A stretch of 60,318 nt of DNA, counting the filler. It is 3 parts of 3 records of this genome, joined end to end, with 100 filler letters (N's around TTAATTAATTAA, not from the genome) between each part and the next. Parts side by side here need not be neighbours in the genome. Positions count along the whole stretch, not along the records: positions 29,037 to 50,003 come from SRR31156797_3464; 2 more parts are not named here. The stretch is one strand, 5' to 3'. Of the stretch, positions 36,650 to 47,649 are shown piece after piece. The translations under genes were made by a program, and so were the position numbers. The notes under the pieces are model-generated. The model saw only the letters and a list, made by a program, of their open reading frames with translations, was not told the origin of the DNA and ran no database searches. Within the stretch, counting starts at the first letter, position 1; each line of letters opens with the position of its first letter.

Positions 36650-37774
36650 ATGAAAAAGTTATTATATGTTTCTCCAGAATGTTTTATAGACGTTGATTTT
36701 CCTATATTGAAGGAGCTAAATAAATATTATTCTCTACATTGGATAGTGATTTTCAATGATCCCAAAAATAGTAAAACGCCAAAGTTCTCAGAAGAAGATG
36801 TGGAGGAATATTGCTTAACAAATAATATTTCGTATACAATAAAAACTAGATCATCTAAATTAAGTTCCTTAAAGACCATAGGTTTCTGTTGGCGATTACT
36901 TTCTGCGATTAATAAAATAGAACCAGATGTAATTTATATTGAATCATTTGTTGATATATATTTTACGATACTATCATACTTTAGGCTAAATGTATCAAAA
37001 TGTTGTATTGGAATACACGATGTCTTGGCTCACATAGATCATGTAGATAAGTTCAAAGATTTTTCAATCTGGCTTCAAAGAATGTTTTTTAAAAACTTTC
37101 AGTTTTTTTCAGAAACACAACGAGATATTTTTGTTTCTAAGTTTAAAGGAAAGAGACACTTTGTGGTACCATTGGCGCTTAAGTCTATTAACGGGGACTC
37201 TCAAATAAGTGAGAAAAAATTTACTTTTCCAATTGAGTTTCTATTTTGGGGAAATATTCGAAGAAATAAAGGACTGGATATATTGATTGATGCCGCTGAA
37301 ATATTATATGATAGGGGGCATAGGAATTTTAATGTTAAGATAATTGGAGCATGTGATCATTGGCAATATTATAAGGAAAAAATCAAACATACTGAAATAT
37401 TCAAAACATATATTGAGTTTCTTCCCAATGGAGATATTCCAAATGTTTTGAGGGAAGCACATTATTTCGTACTTCCTTATAAAGGAATTACTCAAAGTGG
37501 TCCGTTAATGTATGCATTTTATTATAACTTGCCTGTTATCGCCTCGAATCATTCTGGTTTTACAGAGTTTATTACTGATCGAAAAACTGGATTTCTTTTT
37601 GAAAAGAATAATTCAAGATCATTAGCTGATATAATGGAACAACAATTAAATTCTGACGAAGAATTATATTTCGATCTAAAAAAGTCAATAAATAAGTATG
37701 TAAGGAATAAATTTGATATACAAATCTTAACTAAAAAATACATTGATGGATTTAGTTCGATGAATATCAGATAA
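36650..37774 (+). CDS. Glycosyltransferase family 4
   Basis: WGNIRRNKG, LPYKGITQSG. Confidence 0.88.
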   Translation: MKKLLYVSPECFIDVDFPILKELNKYYSLHWIVIFNDPKNSKTPKFSEEDVEEYCLTNNISYTIKTRSSKLSSLKTIGFCWRLLSAINKIEPDVIYIESFVDIYFTILSYFRLNVSKCCIGIHDVLAHIDHVDKFKDFSIWLQRMFFKNFQFFSETQRDIFVSKFKGKRHFVVPLALKSINGDSQISEKKFTFPIEFLFWGNIRRNKGLDILIDAAEILYDRGHRNFNVKIIGACDHWQYYKEKIKHTEIFKTYIEFLPNGDIPNVLREAHYFVLPYKGITQSGPLMYAFYYNLPVIASNHSGFTEFITDRKTGFLFEKNNSRSLADIMEQQLNSDEELYFDLKKSINKYVRNKFDIQILTKKYIDGFSSMNIR

Positions 37775-37827
37775 TTTCTTATTTTATTATCAAGTTAATT
37801 TTGGTTTAAACCTATGAGTTCATGTAA

Positions 37828-38955
37828 ATGAAAGTAGCTTTTGTAGTAACAAATAAGTTAGAAGTTAATTTACTAAATTATAATAACCAAGAGTTAGGTA
37901 GAGCAAAAGTTTTTGCTTTTAAAGGGTATGATGTAGATATTTATGTTTTTTCGAAGAAAAAGAAAGGTTCTGATATAATCTTTGAAACTAACAATAATAT
38001 AGTAAGGCTCATATATTATAAAGGAATTATTTTTTTTGGAAATCAGACCATACCATTAAATCTCTTGACTAAAATTCAATCTAATAAATATACTAGTATT
38101 TTTTTACACGAATATCCATGGATAATACCTTTTATAGTTGCGAGAAAATATAAAAAAACGCAAACAAACGTAATTTTAGTACAAGGAGTTTATGAAGACT
38201 TTAATTCCAAAATAAAAAAGTTATATAACTTATTATTTGATTTTTTCGTAGGGAAGAGATTTATAAAAAAATTGGATGGTATAATATTTAAGACTCGAGG
38301 AGCTCAAAATTATTTTACAGCAAAAGGATATAACATTGTTCCTAGTAAAATTATACCTGTGGGTTTAGATACTAACCGTTTTAAAAAGCCTCTTAATGAA
38401 GTAATTAAAATTAATGATAAGAATAAAATTCAAGAATCGTTTTCAATACTATATATAGGAGTTCTTGAGGATAGAAGAAATCCTTTTTTTTTATTAGATC
38501 TGTTAGAAAGACTGGTTAAGATTGACAATAGGTATATATTAACTGTTATAGGTAAGGGTAAGCTTCTTGAACCATTTAAAAAAGAAGTTAGTGGTCGACA
38601 TTTGTCTAGTAATATAATTCATTTAGAAAGTTGCAAGCAAGAGGTTTTGCCATGGTTTTATAAAAACTCAAATGTACTGGTCTTGCCAAGTTCATACGAG
38701 ATATTTGGTATGGTTTTGTTAGAAGCATTGTATTTTAATCTTCCTATTATAAGCACATCAACAGCCGGTGCCATAGAAATATTAGAAAACAGTAATGTTG
38801 ATTCTATTCTTGATTTAGATGTAGAAAAATGGATAGAAAGAATACTCGAGTTGAACGAATTTAAAACTATAAAATCAAATGGTTTACCTCAGAAGTATGA
38901 ATGGAACCATATAGTTGATGAAACCATTGAATTTTGTATTAATACTAAAAAGTAA
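37828..38955 (+). CDS. Glycosyltransferase family 4
   Basis: PSSYEIFGMVLLEAL. Confidence 0.88.
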   Translation: MKVAFVVTNKLEVNLLNYNNQELGRAKVFAFKGYDVDIYVFSKKKKGSDIIFETNNNIVRLIYYKGIIFFGNQTIPLNLLTKIQSNKYTSIFLHEYPWIIPFIVARKYKKTQTNVILVQGVYEDFNSKIKKLYNLLFDFFVGKRFIKKLDGIIFKTRGAQNYFTAKGYNIVPSKIIPVGLDTNRFKKPLNEVIKINDKNKIQESFSILYIGVLEDRRNPFFLLDLLERLVKIDNRYILTVIGKGKLLEPFKKEVSGRHLSSNIIHLESCKQEVLPWFYKNSNVLVLPSSYEIFGMVLLEALYFNLPIISTSTAGAIEILENSNVDSILDLDVEKWIERILELNEFKTIKSNGLPQKYEWNHIVDETIEFCINTKK

Positions 38956-38960
38956 TTTTA

Positions 38961-40157
38961 ATGAGAATTTTACTTGTAAATAAATTCCTTTATCAAAGAG
39001 GTGGAGATTGCATCCATACGATGCAACTAAATGATTTGCTACAAAAGAATGGTCATGAGGTAGCAATATTTACAATGCAACATCCTCAAAACATAAAACA
39101 CAAAGATTTTATTTATTGGCCTAGTGAGGTTCGTTTTAGCTTAAAATCACCTTTTCATCTACTTAAAGCACTGAAAAGACCACTTGGTGAAAAAGAAGTC
39201 AAAATTAAATTTAAAAATTTAATTAGAACGTTTAATCCTCAAGTAGTTCATGTTCATAATATTCATTCTCAACTTTCTCCTACTATCATTGAAATTGCAA
39301 AAAGAAATAATATCCCTGTAGTTTGGACAATGCATGATTATAAGCTTATTTGTCCAGCTTATACATTTTTGGATAATGATGGTAATATATGCGAAGAATG
39401 TTTAAAAGACGTACATGCAGTGTATCGCAAAAGATGCATTAAAGGAAGTCGATTGGCAAGTTATATGGGATTATTAGAGGCTAAAAAATGGAACAAGGAA
39501 AGGATATCTTTAAGTGTAAATTGTTTTATCGCACCATCTTTATTTCTAAAAACTAAGCTGATTCAAGGAGGATTTAATGGAGAAAAGATAAAGCAATTAT
39601 ACAATTTTGTTGAGGATGAAAAGTTTAGCACGTCCATTAATTTAAATAGAAGAAAGCAAGTTGTATTTGTTGGAAGATTAAGTAAAGAAAAAGGAGTAGA
39701 GACTTTATGCAAGGCATTTGAGTCATTAAAAACGGTTAAAATAAATATTATAGGAGATGGGCCATTAAAAGCCAAATTAGAGCGGGAATATACATCTGAT
39801 AATATTTCTTTTTTAGGATATCAAAATTGGGATTTTATAAAAGAAGAGATTAATAAATCATTATTTTTAGTAGTTCCATCAGAATGGTATGAAAATAACC
39901 CTCTTACAATTCTTGAAGCACATGCATTAGGTACACCTGTTTTAGGAGCTAAGATAGGTGGCATAAGTGAATTAATAAATGAGGAGAATGGAATGTTGTT
40001 TAATGCAAAAGATCAACTTGATTTAAAATCAAAACTAAGTTTAATGATAAACAAAGAGGATTGGGACTATTCAAAAATTCGAGAACAAGCGAAGCAAAAA
40101 TTCTCACAAGACCTATTTTATAAAAATATTAAAGAAGTATATACGCAATTCTTATAA
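38961..40157 (+). CDS. Glycosyltransferase family 4
   Basis: MHDYKLICP, PSEWYENNPLTILEA. Confidence 0.9.
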   Translation: MRILLVNKFLYQRGGDCIHTMQLNDLLQKNGHEVAIFTMQHPQNIKHKDFIYWPSEVRFSLKSPFHLLKALKRPLGEKEVKIKFKNLIRTFNPQVVHVHNIHSQLSPTIIEIAKRNNIPVVWTMHDYKLICPAYTFLDNDGNICEECLKDVHAVYRKRCIKGSRLASYMGLLEAKKWNKERISLSVNCFIAPSLFLKTKLIQGGFNGEKIKQLYNFVEDEKFSTSINLNRRKQVVFVGRLSKEKGVETLCKAFESLKTVKINIIGDGPLKAKLEREYTSDNISFLGYQNWDFIKEEINKSLFLVVPSEWYENNPLTILEAHALGTPVLGAKIGGISELINEENGMLFNAKDQLDLKSKLSLMINKEDWDYSKIREQAKQKFSQDLFYKNIKEVYTQFL

Positions 40158-40202
40158 ACAATAAACTTGTTGAGGTGTTTATCTAGTGAAAAAAAAATAA
40201 AT

Positions 40203-41333
40203 ATGCAAAAAGTAGGAATGCCCACTGACGTATCAATAATTACCACATATAGGTGTCAGATGCGTTGCAAAATGTGTAGTATCTGGAAATATCCGTCGGA
40301 TGAAACAAAAGAAATTACAGCCAAAGATTTAGAAATATTGCCAAATCTTAATTTTGTTAATATTACAGGCGGAGAGCCTTTTCAAAGGAGAGATTTAGAA
40401 GATATTGTTGATGTTTCTTTCTCTAAGGCAAAACGAGTCGTTATATCTACATCTGGTTGGCACTATAAAAGAATACTTAAATTAGCAGATAAGTATCCCA
40501 ATATAGGAATTAGAGTTAGTATCGAAGGTTTAGCTCAGCGTAATGATGATTTAAGAGGAAAAGAAGGTGGTTTTGATAATGGATTACGTCTACTTCTTGC
40601 TTTAAGAGAAAGAGGAGTTAAAGATATTGGTTTTGGTATAACCGTTTCAAATAAAAACTCTAATGATATGCTTTGGTTATATAAATTGGCCAAAGAAATG
40701 AAATTGGAGTTTGCTACGGCTACTTTTCATAATTCATACTACTTCCATAAAGATGATAATGAAGTAACAAATAAAGATGAAGTAACCCAAAACTTTGAGG
40801 TGTTAATGAATGAGTTACTAAAGGAAAATAATCCCAAAAGTTGGTTTCGTGCTTTTTTCAATCTTGGTTTGATTAATTATATACAGGGTGGGAAAAGAAT
40901 GTTACCATGTGAGGCAGGAACAGCAAATTTCTTTATAGAACCTTATGGAGATGTGTATCCTTGTAATGGGTTGGAAGATCGTATTTGGAAAGAAAGTATG
41001 GGGAATATAAAGAATGTTAGTACTTTTGAGGAATTATGGTATAGTGAACAAGCTAATAATGTTAGACAAATGGTTCGTCAATGTCCAAAAAACTGTTGGA
41101 TGGTTGGTACTGCAGCTCCTGTGATGAAGAAATATATTAAACATCCTGTAAAATGGGTTGCTAAGAATAAACTTAAATCTTTAATGGGCAAACCTGTTTG
41201 TACAAAAGATATTCCATATTATAATGTAGGTCAGGATATATTGCAAGGGGACTTGAATTTTTCAAGAATGACTCCTTTTACTGATACTAAAGGTGTTAAG
41301 CCTGATCCTAATTTACCATTGATAGAGGATTAA
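40203..41333 (+). CDS. Radical SAM/SPASM-domain protein (likely start ATG 40203)
   Basis: CQMRCKMC (CxxxCxxC), TGGEPF, SPASM-type CEAG...YPC...CPKNC. Confidence 0.9.
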   Translation: MQKVGMPTDVSIITTYRCQMRCKMCSIWKYPSDETKEITAKDLEILPNLNFVNITGGEPFQRRDLEDIVDVSFSKAKRVVISTSGWHYKRILKLADKYPNIGIRVSIEGLAQRNDDLRGKEGGFDNGLRLLLALRERGVKDIGFGITVSNKNSNDMLWLYKLAKEMKLEFATATFHNSYYFHKDDNEVTNKDEVTQNFEVLMNELLKENNPKSWFRAFFNLGLINYIQGGKRMLPCEAGTANFFIEPYGDVYPCNGLEDRIWKESMGNIKNVSTFEELWYSEQANNVRQMVRQCPKNCWMVGTAAPVMKKYIKHPVKWVAKNKLKSLMGKPVCTKDIPYYNVGQDILQGDLNFSRMTPFTDTKGVKPDPNLPLIED

Positions 41334-41342
41334 TTCTCAAAT

Positions 41343-41981
41343 ATGAAAATACATAAAGTGATTAATGTAAAAGCGGTTTCTTCAACCGCTTTTATTTTGA
41401 AATTTACAAAGGAAGGTAAAGATTTTACCCCTGGACTACATATCTCAGTAGGATTACCAGGGGAAGAAAATAGACCTTATTCGATTTATAATGGAATAAA
41501 TACAGATTATTTAGAAGTATTGGTTAAAGAAATACCTAATGGGATAGTAACGCCGCTTCTTCGTAACCTAAAATGTGGAGAAGAGATTAAGGTAGGTAAA
41601 CCAAGAGGGTATTTTTGTCTTCCAGAAAATTACAAGGGTCAAAAAATCTGCTTAATTGCTACAGGTACGGGTATTGCTCCATTTCATTCATTTATTAAAT
41701 CATTTCCAAATCTTAATTATCATTTATTTCATGGAGTAAAAGATATGAGCGAGGCTTATGGTTTAGAGGATTATAGTCGACCGAATGTAACGATATGTAC
41801 CAGTAAATCTAATGAAGGAGATATACAAGGTAGAGTAACTGAAGCGGTTAAAAATATTGATGTTTCAAAATTTTCATATTTTTATATTTGTGGGAGTTAT
41901 GAAATGTTAGATGATGTATATGATATATTAGAGGAGAAGGGTGTCAAAAGAGAAGTAATTAAAACAGAGGGTTATTTTTAA
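41343..41981 (+). CDS. FNR-like FAD/NAD(P)-binding oxidoreductase
   Basis: RPYSI, IATGTGIAPF, YICG, terminal EGYF. Confidence 0.88.
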   Translation: MKIHKVINVKAVSSTAFILKFTKEGKDFTPGLHISVGLPGEENRPYSIYNGINTDYLEVLVKEIPNGIVTPLLRNLKCGEEIKVGKPRGYFCLPENYKGQKICLIATGTGIAPFHSFIKSFPNLNYHLFHGVKDMSEAYGLEDYSRPNVTICTSKSNEGDIQGRVTEAVKNIDVSKFSYFYICGSYEMLDDVYDILEEKGVKREVIKTEGYF

Positions 41982-43075
41982 TGAAAATTGTAGTCGCTGG
42001 AACCCGTGGGATTCCTGATATATTAGGAGGAGTAGAGACTCACTGTCAAGAACTGTATCCAAGAATATCAAAAAATGGACATGAGGTAGTATTGATAAGG
42101 CGAATGGCTTATGTAAAAGAAGACCCGGTAATTAAAGAGTATAAAGGGGTTAAATTAAAGGATATCTGGACACCAAAGCAAAAAAGCTTTGAAGCGATCA
42201 TACATACCTTTCTTTCAATAATATATGCTAAAAAGATAAAAGCTGATATTCTTCATATTCATGCTATTGGTCCCGCTATTATGATTCCTTTTGCAAGACT
42301 TCTTGGTTTAAAGGTGGTAATGACTCACCATGGACCAGATTATGATAGACAAAAATGGAACTTTATTGCCAAAAACATTTTAATGATTGGGGAAAAACTT
42401 GGGATATGTTTTGCTAATAAAGTAATTGTAATATCTAAAGTGATAGATAATTTAGTAAAAAGAAGGTGTAATAGGGCAAAAACAAGTTTAATTTTTAATG
42501 GTGTTAATATAAGCCCTATTGTTTCAAACAAAGAAATTCTTGAAGAATTTGGTCTTGTTGAGAATAATTATATAGTTGGAGTAGGAAGATTTGTTCCGGA
42601 GAAAGGTTTTCATGATTTGATTCGAGCATATATGAATTCAGGGAGGAGGGAAAAGCTTGTATTAATTGGTGATGCAGATCATATTTCAGAGTATTGTAAG
42701 GAGTTAAAAAAAGAAGCAAGAAAAAATAATGTAATTCTAACAGGTTTTAGAAAGGGAGATGAACTAAAGGTTCTTTTTTCAAATGCAAAGCTTTTTGTTC
42801 TACCATCCTATCACGAAGGATTACCAATTGTTTTGCTTGAAGCTATGTCCTATGGATTGGACTTGTTAGTGAGTGATATTTCTGCGAATAAAGTTATTGG
42901 TCTTGATGATTCTGAATATTTCATAGTTGGAGATATAAAAAATCTAAGTAATAGATTGAATCAAAAACTAGATGGTTCTTCTCATAATGATTATAGATAC
43001 CTAATTAAGGAGAAATATAATTGGGAAAAAATTGCAAAAGATACAATGCTAATTTACGACTGCTTATCAATATAA
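41981..43075 (+). CDS. Glycosyltransferase family 4
   Basis: GTRGIP...GGVETH, PSYHEGLPIVLLEAMSYG. Confidence 0.9.
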   Translation: MKIVVAGTRGIPDILGGVETHCQELYPRISKNGHEVVLIRRMAYVKEDPVIKEYKGVKLKDIWTPKQKSFEAIIHTFLSIIYAKKIKADILHIHAIGPAIMIPFARLLGLKVVMTHHGPDYDRQKWNFIAKNILMIGEKLGICFANKVIVISKVIDNLVKRRCNRAKTSLIFNGVNISPIVSNKEILEEFGLVENNYIVGVGRFVPEKGFHDLIRAYMNSGRREKLVLIGDADHISEYCKELKKEARKNNVILTGFRKGDELKVLFSNAKLFVLPSYHEGLPIVLLEAMSYGLDLLVSDISANKVIGLDDSEYFIVGDIKNLSNRLNQKLDGSSHNDYRYLIKEKYNWEKIAKDTMLIYDCLSI

Positions 43076-43143
43076 TTATTGATAGAAATTGTTTATGACG
43101 TTAATATATAAAAACAGTATTTTTATCTTTTTTTTTAACTCCT

Positions 43144-44766
43144 GTGATGAAAGTATTTAGGCATATTGTTATAGTTATATTTTTTTTAATAGAATTATGC
43201 TTAGCCGCACAATCAAATACTCAAATTAGTATTGTGTCAAATATTATTCTATCATCAAATAAAAATCTAATTCCACAATATCAATATTCAAGCAAATGGG
43301 GTATTGTTTCTCCATTTGATCAATACCAATCCATATTACTTGGAAGCGTAGGTTACAATTTACTTGAGAAAGAAAATATAAAGTTACAATTGGGGATTTC
43401 GGGAGTTGCAAAAAATAAATTAGAAAAAAGTTATTTACACGAAGCTTACTTACGTGGTGAGTTTCTAAAAGTTTTTGACATTTCATTTGGTAAGAACGCA
43501 TTTACCCCTTTGTCAATTAATGATGAATTGACAAGTGGTGGATTTATGATGAATAGTAATACCCGACCAGTTCCTAAAGCAATGATTGGGATTTTTGAAT
43601 ATTGGCCGGTAAGTTTCTTGGGAGATGTTATTGAGATTAAAGGAGGATTAACACAGGGTATTTTAAATGATGATCGAACTTCGATGCAAAAAAGTAATAG
43701 TGCAGATCATGTTTTGTTACATGAAAAATGGGCTTATATAAGAGGAGGGAAACTCAATTTTAAACCTTATATGGGACTTTATCATGGAGCTTTGTATGGA
43801 GGAGAGCGATCTAATGGAAGTAAAATTCCGATTGATTTTTGGGCAACATTTTTGGCAAAGGGGTCAAATAAGATTGGGGGGGGCGAGGCAACCAATGCAG
43901 CTGGCGCACATGATGGTTTTTGGGATTTTGGTTTTTATGGTGATTTGGAATGGGGTAATATTCAGTTTTGCTTTCAAAAACCATTCGCCGATGGTAGTGG
44001 CTTAAAAATATACCGGTGGAATAATAAGGATTATAAAATAGGAATTTTGTCTTCACTTGATCATTTTACGGCTATAAAAAATGTCTCTGTTGAAATCTTT
44101 AAAACCGATTACCAGTCTGGAGAAGGAATTCCAGATCCAATCTATACAGCAGAAAGTAGGAATCAAGGTATTATATGGTTGGATGGGATTGATGATTATG
44201 ATCAATTCATGCAGGAAGAGTTTAATGTTTCATCTGTAGGCTGGAATAAAGAAAGTGTAATGGATTATCTGGAGCAAAACTTAAATTACGGTAATAAGTA
44301 TGGTGGGCGGGATGATTACAATAATAATGGTTCTTATTATAATGGATGGACTTATCATCAACAAGCAATGGGATTTCCACTTTATCATACTTACTGGCAA
44401 ACTAAGGTTTATGCTCCTGGTTGGAAAATGAATAATACTGTAGTTTTTATGAACAATCGAGTAAAAGGATTTCATTTGGGTTTAGAAGGTGAGGTTTCTG
44501 AACACCTCACATATCTTTTTAAAACTACTTATACTAAAAATAAAGGAACATATAATGAAAAATATATTAATCGCTCTAGTTGGGAAGAAGACCCTAAGTT
44601 TTTCTATGCTAATGGAAAGAAGCAGGTTTATACATATCTTGATTTGAAATATCAGCATAATAAATGGAATAATATTTCATTTACAGGCTCTATGTCATAT
44701 GACTTTGGAGAATTATACGATGCTATGGGCGCTTCCTTCGGTATTGTTTATAAGCCCGTTTTTTAA
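43144..44766 (+). CDS. Capsule assembly Wzi-family outer membrane protein
   Basis: Signal peptide, SGGFMMNSNTRPVPK, LHEK, NNRVKGFHLG, C-terminal F. Confidence 0.78.
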   Translation: MMKVFRHIVIVIFFLIELCLAAQSNTQISIVSNIILSSNKNLIPQYQYSSKWGIVSPFDQYQSILLGSVGYNLLEKENIKLQLGISGVAKNKLEKSYLHEAYLRGEFLKVFDISFGKNAFTPLSINDELTSGGFMMNSNTRPVPKAMIGIFEYWPVSFLGDVIEIKGGLTQGILNDDRTSMQKSNSADHVLLHEKWAYIRGGKLNFKPYMGLYHGALYGGERSNGSKIPIDFWATFLAKGSNKIGGGEATNAAGAHDGFWDFGFYGDLEWGNIQFCFQKPFADGSGLKIYRWNNKDYKIGILSSLDHFTAIKNVSVEIFKTDYQSGEGIPDPIYTAESRNQGIIWLDGIDDYDQFMQEEFNVSSVGWNKESVMDYLEQNLNYGNKYGGRDDYNNNGSYYNGWTYHQQAMGFPLYHTYWQTKVYAPGWKMNNTVVFMNNRVKGFHLGLEGEVSEHLTYLFKTTYTKNKGTYNEKYINRSSWEEDPKFFYANGKKQVYTYLDLKYQHNKWNNISFTGSMSYDFGELYDAMGASFGIVYKPVF

Positions 44767-44874
44767 TAAAAATTATGGAGTGTAAAATTTGGTTTGACTT
44801 TTGTTTACTACAACAAGGCTTGATTATTCAAGGTTTTTATATCTTTGTGAGAATCTAAAACAAATTACACCTGC

Positions 44875-46269
44875 ATGTTAAGAGAAAAGGAGAAAGTAGT
44901 TAATAACTTTCTGGCCGTTATTGAAGTTGCAGTCGCTTGGCTGTCATTTAATTTAGCAATGTTTATCTATTTCGGACATTTTTCTTTTGTCCGATATAAG
45001 GATTCCATTATACTTCATTTAATTATAGCCTTTGTATGGTTTGTTCTAGGGAAGTACTTTAGGTTGACTCAATTGCATCGATCAAGACCTTATTCTGCTA
45101 TTTTGTTTAACTGTGTGGCACTTGTTTTATCAGGGACTTCTCTTTTAGGTATAGCTGTCTTAGTGTTTGACTTATATTATATAGGTTTTGATCCATTGTT
45201 ATATTTTGGTTTTATAAATCTAGGATTAATGTTTGCATTTAAAATAGGAATTTATGCAACATTTAAAAGAGCCCGTTCTCGTGGTAAGAATACAAGGTCA
45301 ATTATTATTGTAGGAGACTACACAGCTACTTCTTTTATTGAGCAAGTACTAAAGTATAAAGAATGGGGCTATAAGATCATATCTATTATCGGTAATGGCG
45401 ATTTAGGAAAAATGTATGGTGAACTTATTCCTGTTTTAGCGCCGAATACAGATATTGCCAAGTTGTTAGAAGACAAAACTATTGATGAAGTAATTTTCAT
45501 TAAAAGTAAGATGACGGTTGATGAAGTAGAAGATTTAACACATGCCTGTTCTGAAGTTGGTGTTATTTTTAGAATGTATTCTCCATTTTTCAATAAACTA
45601 AAAAGTAAGGCACACATCCATCACTATAATACAATGCCTTTGCTTACCATTGCTAATACACCTACCGATTATCTGGCTATGCGTTTTAAAACTATTTTTG
45701 ACTTTATATTTTCTACACTGGTTATTATCATGGCATCTCCTGTTTTTGTGATTATCTCTTTAATGATATTCCTAATAGACAGAGGACCAATATTCTTTAA
45801 ACAAAAAAGGGTTGGATTAAGAGGACGAAAGTTTTATGCTTATAAATTCCGGACAATGGTTGTAAATGCAGAAGAATTAAAAGCGGAGTTGATGAAAGAA
45901 AATGAGATGGATGGCCCTGTTTTTAAAATGAAGAATGACCCCCGAATAACTAGGATTGGTCGTTTTTTACGAAAAACCAGTTTAGATGAACTGCCACAAT
46001 TTTTTAATGTTTTAATGGGAGATATGTCTGTGGTAGGTCCGCGTCCGCCCGTTCCTCAGGAAGTAAAAGAATATGAGCGTTGGCAATTAAGAAGGTTGTC
46101 GATGAAGCCAGGAATTACCTGTACATGGCAGGTGTCAGGAAGAAACGATATACCATTTGAAGAATGGATGAAAATGGACTTGGATTATATTGATAACTGG
46201 TCGTTAAAATTAGATTTTGTAATCTTCTTAAAAACGATTAGAACGATGATTGTAGCTGATGGACATTAA
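44875..46269 (+). CDS. Priming undecaprenyl-phosphate sugar transferase
   Basis: KFRTM, DPRITRIGRFLRKTSLDELPQFFNVLMGDMSVVGPRP. Confidence 0.92.
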   Translation: MLREKEKVVNNFLAVIEVAVAWLSFNLAMFIYFGHFSFVRYKDSIILHLIIAFVWFVLGKYFRLTQLHRSRPYSAILFNCVALVLSGTSLLGIAVLVFDLYYIGFDPLLYFGFINLGLMFAFKIGIYATFKRARSRGKNTRSIIIVGDYTATSFIEQVLKYKEWGYKIISIIGNGDLGKMYGELIPVLAPNTDIAKLLEDKTIDEVIFIKSKMTVDEVEDLTHACSEVGVIFRMYSPFFNKLKSKAHIHHYNTMPLLTIANTPTDYLAMRFKTIFDFIFSTLVIIMASPVFVIISLMIFLIDRGPIFFKQKRVGLRGRKFYAYKFRTMVVNAEELKAELMKENEMDGPVFKMKNDPRITRIGRFLRKTSLDELPQFFNVLMGDMSVVGPRPPVPQEVKEYERWQLRRLSMKPGITCTWQVSGRNDIPFEEWMKMDLDYIDNWSLKLDFVIFLKTIRTMIVADGH

Positions 46270-46303
46270 TTTATTACACAACTGATCTTTACGATATTTT
46301 TAT

Positions 46304-47095
46304 ATGCTTTTACGAAGATTCTACATAGTCATCTTGTTTATATTTAGTTTCTTGAGTTGCGGTATTGATAAGCTACCCAATGGATTTCCTGAAGAAGATG
46401 AGTTTGCACATATTTTAGCAGATGTGCATTATGCAGATGCAGTGATGCAACAAGTCAGGATCACCAATAGAAGCATCGATTCTACTGCCGGATCTTACTA
46501 TCATTATGTATTGGATAAATATCAATTAACTCAGGAAAAATTTGATACAATAGTGAGCTGGTATATGGCACATCCTAAATTATACCAAAAAGTATACGAT
46601 CGTTCAATTGCTTTAATAAGTGAAAAAGAAGCCCAATGGCAAAGAGAGGTAAAAGTGATTGAAGAAAGAGAATTGGAGATAAGAAGGTTGAAGGAAGCCA
46701 GAAGTGTATGGAATAAGGAAACGAATTATTTTATCAGTATGCGTGATACTTCTGACAGACAATTACCTTTTAAAGTTATAGTTGACACAATAGAACAGCA
46801 TAAATATAAGTTTAGTGCAGAGTACCAGTTTCTACACGGGAATGATATTAAAAAATCAGCCTTAGAAATTATTACGCTTTATGCTGACAGTTCTTACGAT
46901 ACCATTCTTCATAAATTACCTATTTCACATACCAGTACAAAAGTTGAAATGGAAATAGGTTCGGATTCTGCTCTTAACATTTTGAAGATGGAAGGTTTCT
47001 TATTAAAACATGATACTTTAAAAGAAATAAGAGCTAGAATTAAAGGTATAGAATACGAATATATTCCAGATAATGATACCTTATTTCTAGAATGA
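46304..47095 (+). CDS. DUF4296-like lipoprotein
   Basis: Lipobox FLSC; ILADVHYADA, KYQLTQEKFD. Confidence 0.7.
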   Translation: MLLRRFYIVILFIFSFLSCGIDKLPNGFPEEDEFAHILADVHYADAVMQQVRITNRSIDSTAGSYYHYVLDKYQLTQEKFDTIVSWYMAHPKLYQKVYDRSIALISEKEAQWQREVKVIEERELEIRRLKEARSVWNKETNYFISMRDTSDRQLPFKVIVDTIEQHKYKFSAEYQFLHGNDIKKSALEIITLYADSSYDTILHKLPISHTSTKVEMEIGSDSALNILKMEGFLLKHDTLKEIRARIKGIEYEYIPDNDTLFLE

Positions 47096-47649
47096 GGAAA
47101 ATAGCTACCCATTATTGGCTACGACCGGATGGAACTTTGGGTAAATTCCCCATAGTAACATTAGATGCTCAGAACAAAATTATTGATATTAGAGAGCGGG
47201 AAACTTTTATTGAGGAACCTTCTCTTGAATTAATCAATGGCTTATTAATACCTGGTTTTGTAGACTTTCTTCCTAAAAAGAGTGAAAAATGGGATTCTTC
47301 CCAACTTAAGAGATCTTTGAATGTAGCTCAAATTAATGGAGTCAAGGTATTGGGTGTGCCTAAATGTATTTTTCAGAATGCTTTGATTTTAGTAAAGAAT
47401 AGAATTAAGCTAGTAGAATATAATCATAAAATACAGGTATTTTCTCCAATCATAGAAAGATTAAATGATTCAATTAATCTTATTGAGTCTTTGCAGCAAT
47501 TGACCATTGAGAATGCTAGTATTTTAGGAGTGTCAAATGACTTTGGAAGCATTGAGGTTGGTAAATCACCCGGTTTGTCATCATTAATAGGAATCGATTA
47601 CAGTAGTTTTAAAATTAATACAAACAGTAAATTAAAATTAATTCTATAA
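47092..47649 (+). CDS. Short amidohydrolase-related protein
   Basis: LIPGFVD and GSIEVGKSPG termini, but no HxH metal site. Confidence 0.6.
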   Translation: MRKIATHYWLRPDGTLGKFPIVTLDAQNKIIDIRERETFIEEPSLELINGLLIPGFVDFLPKKSEKWDSSQLKRSLNVAQINGVKVLGVPKCIFQNALILVKNRIKLVEYNHKIQVFSPIIERLNDSINLIESLQQLTIENASILGVSNDFGSIEVGKSPGLSSLIGIDYSSFKINTNSKLKLIL

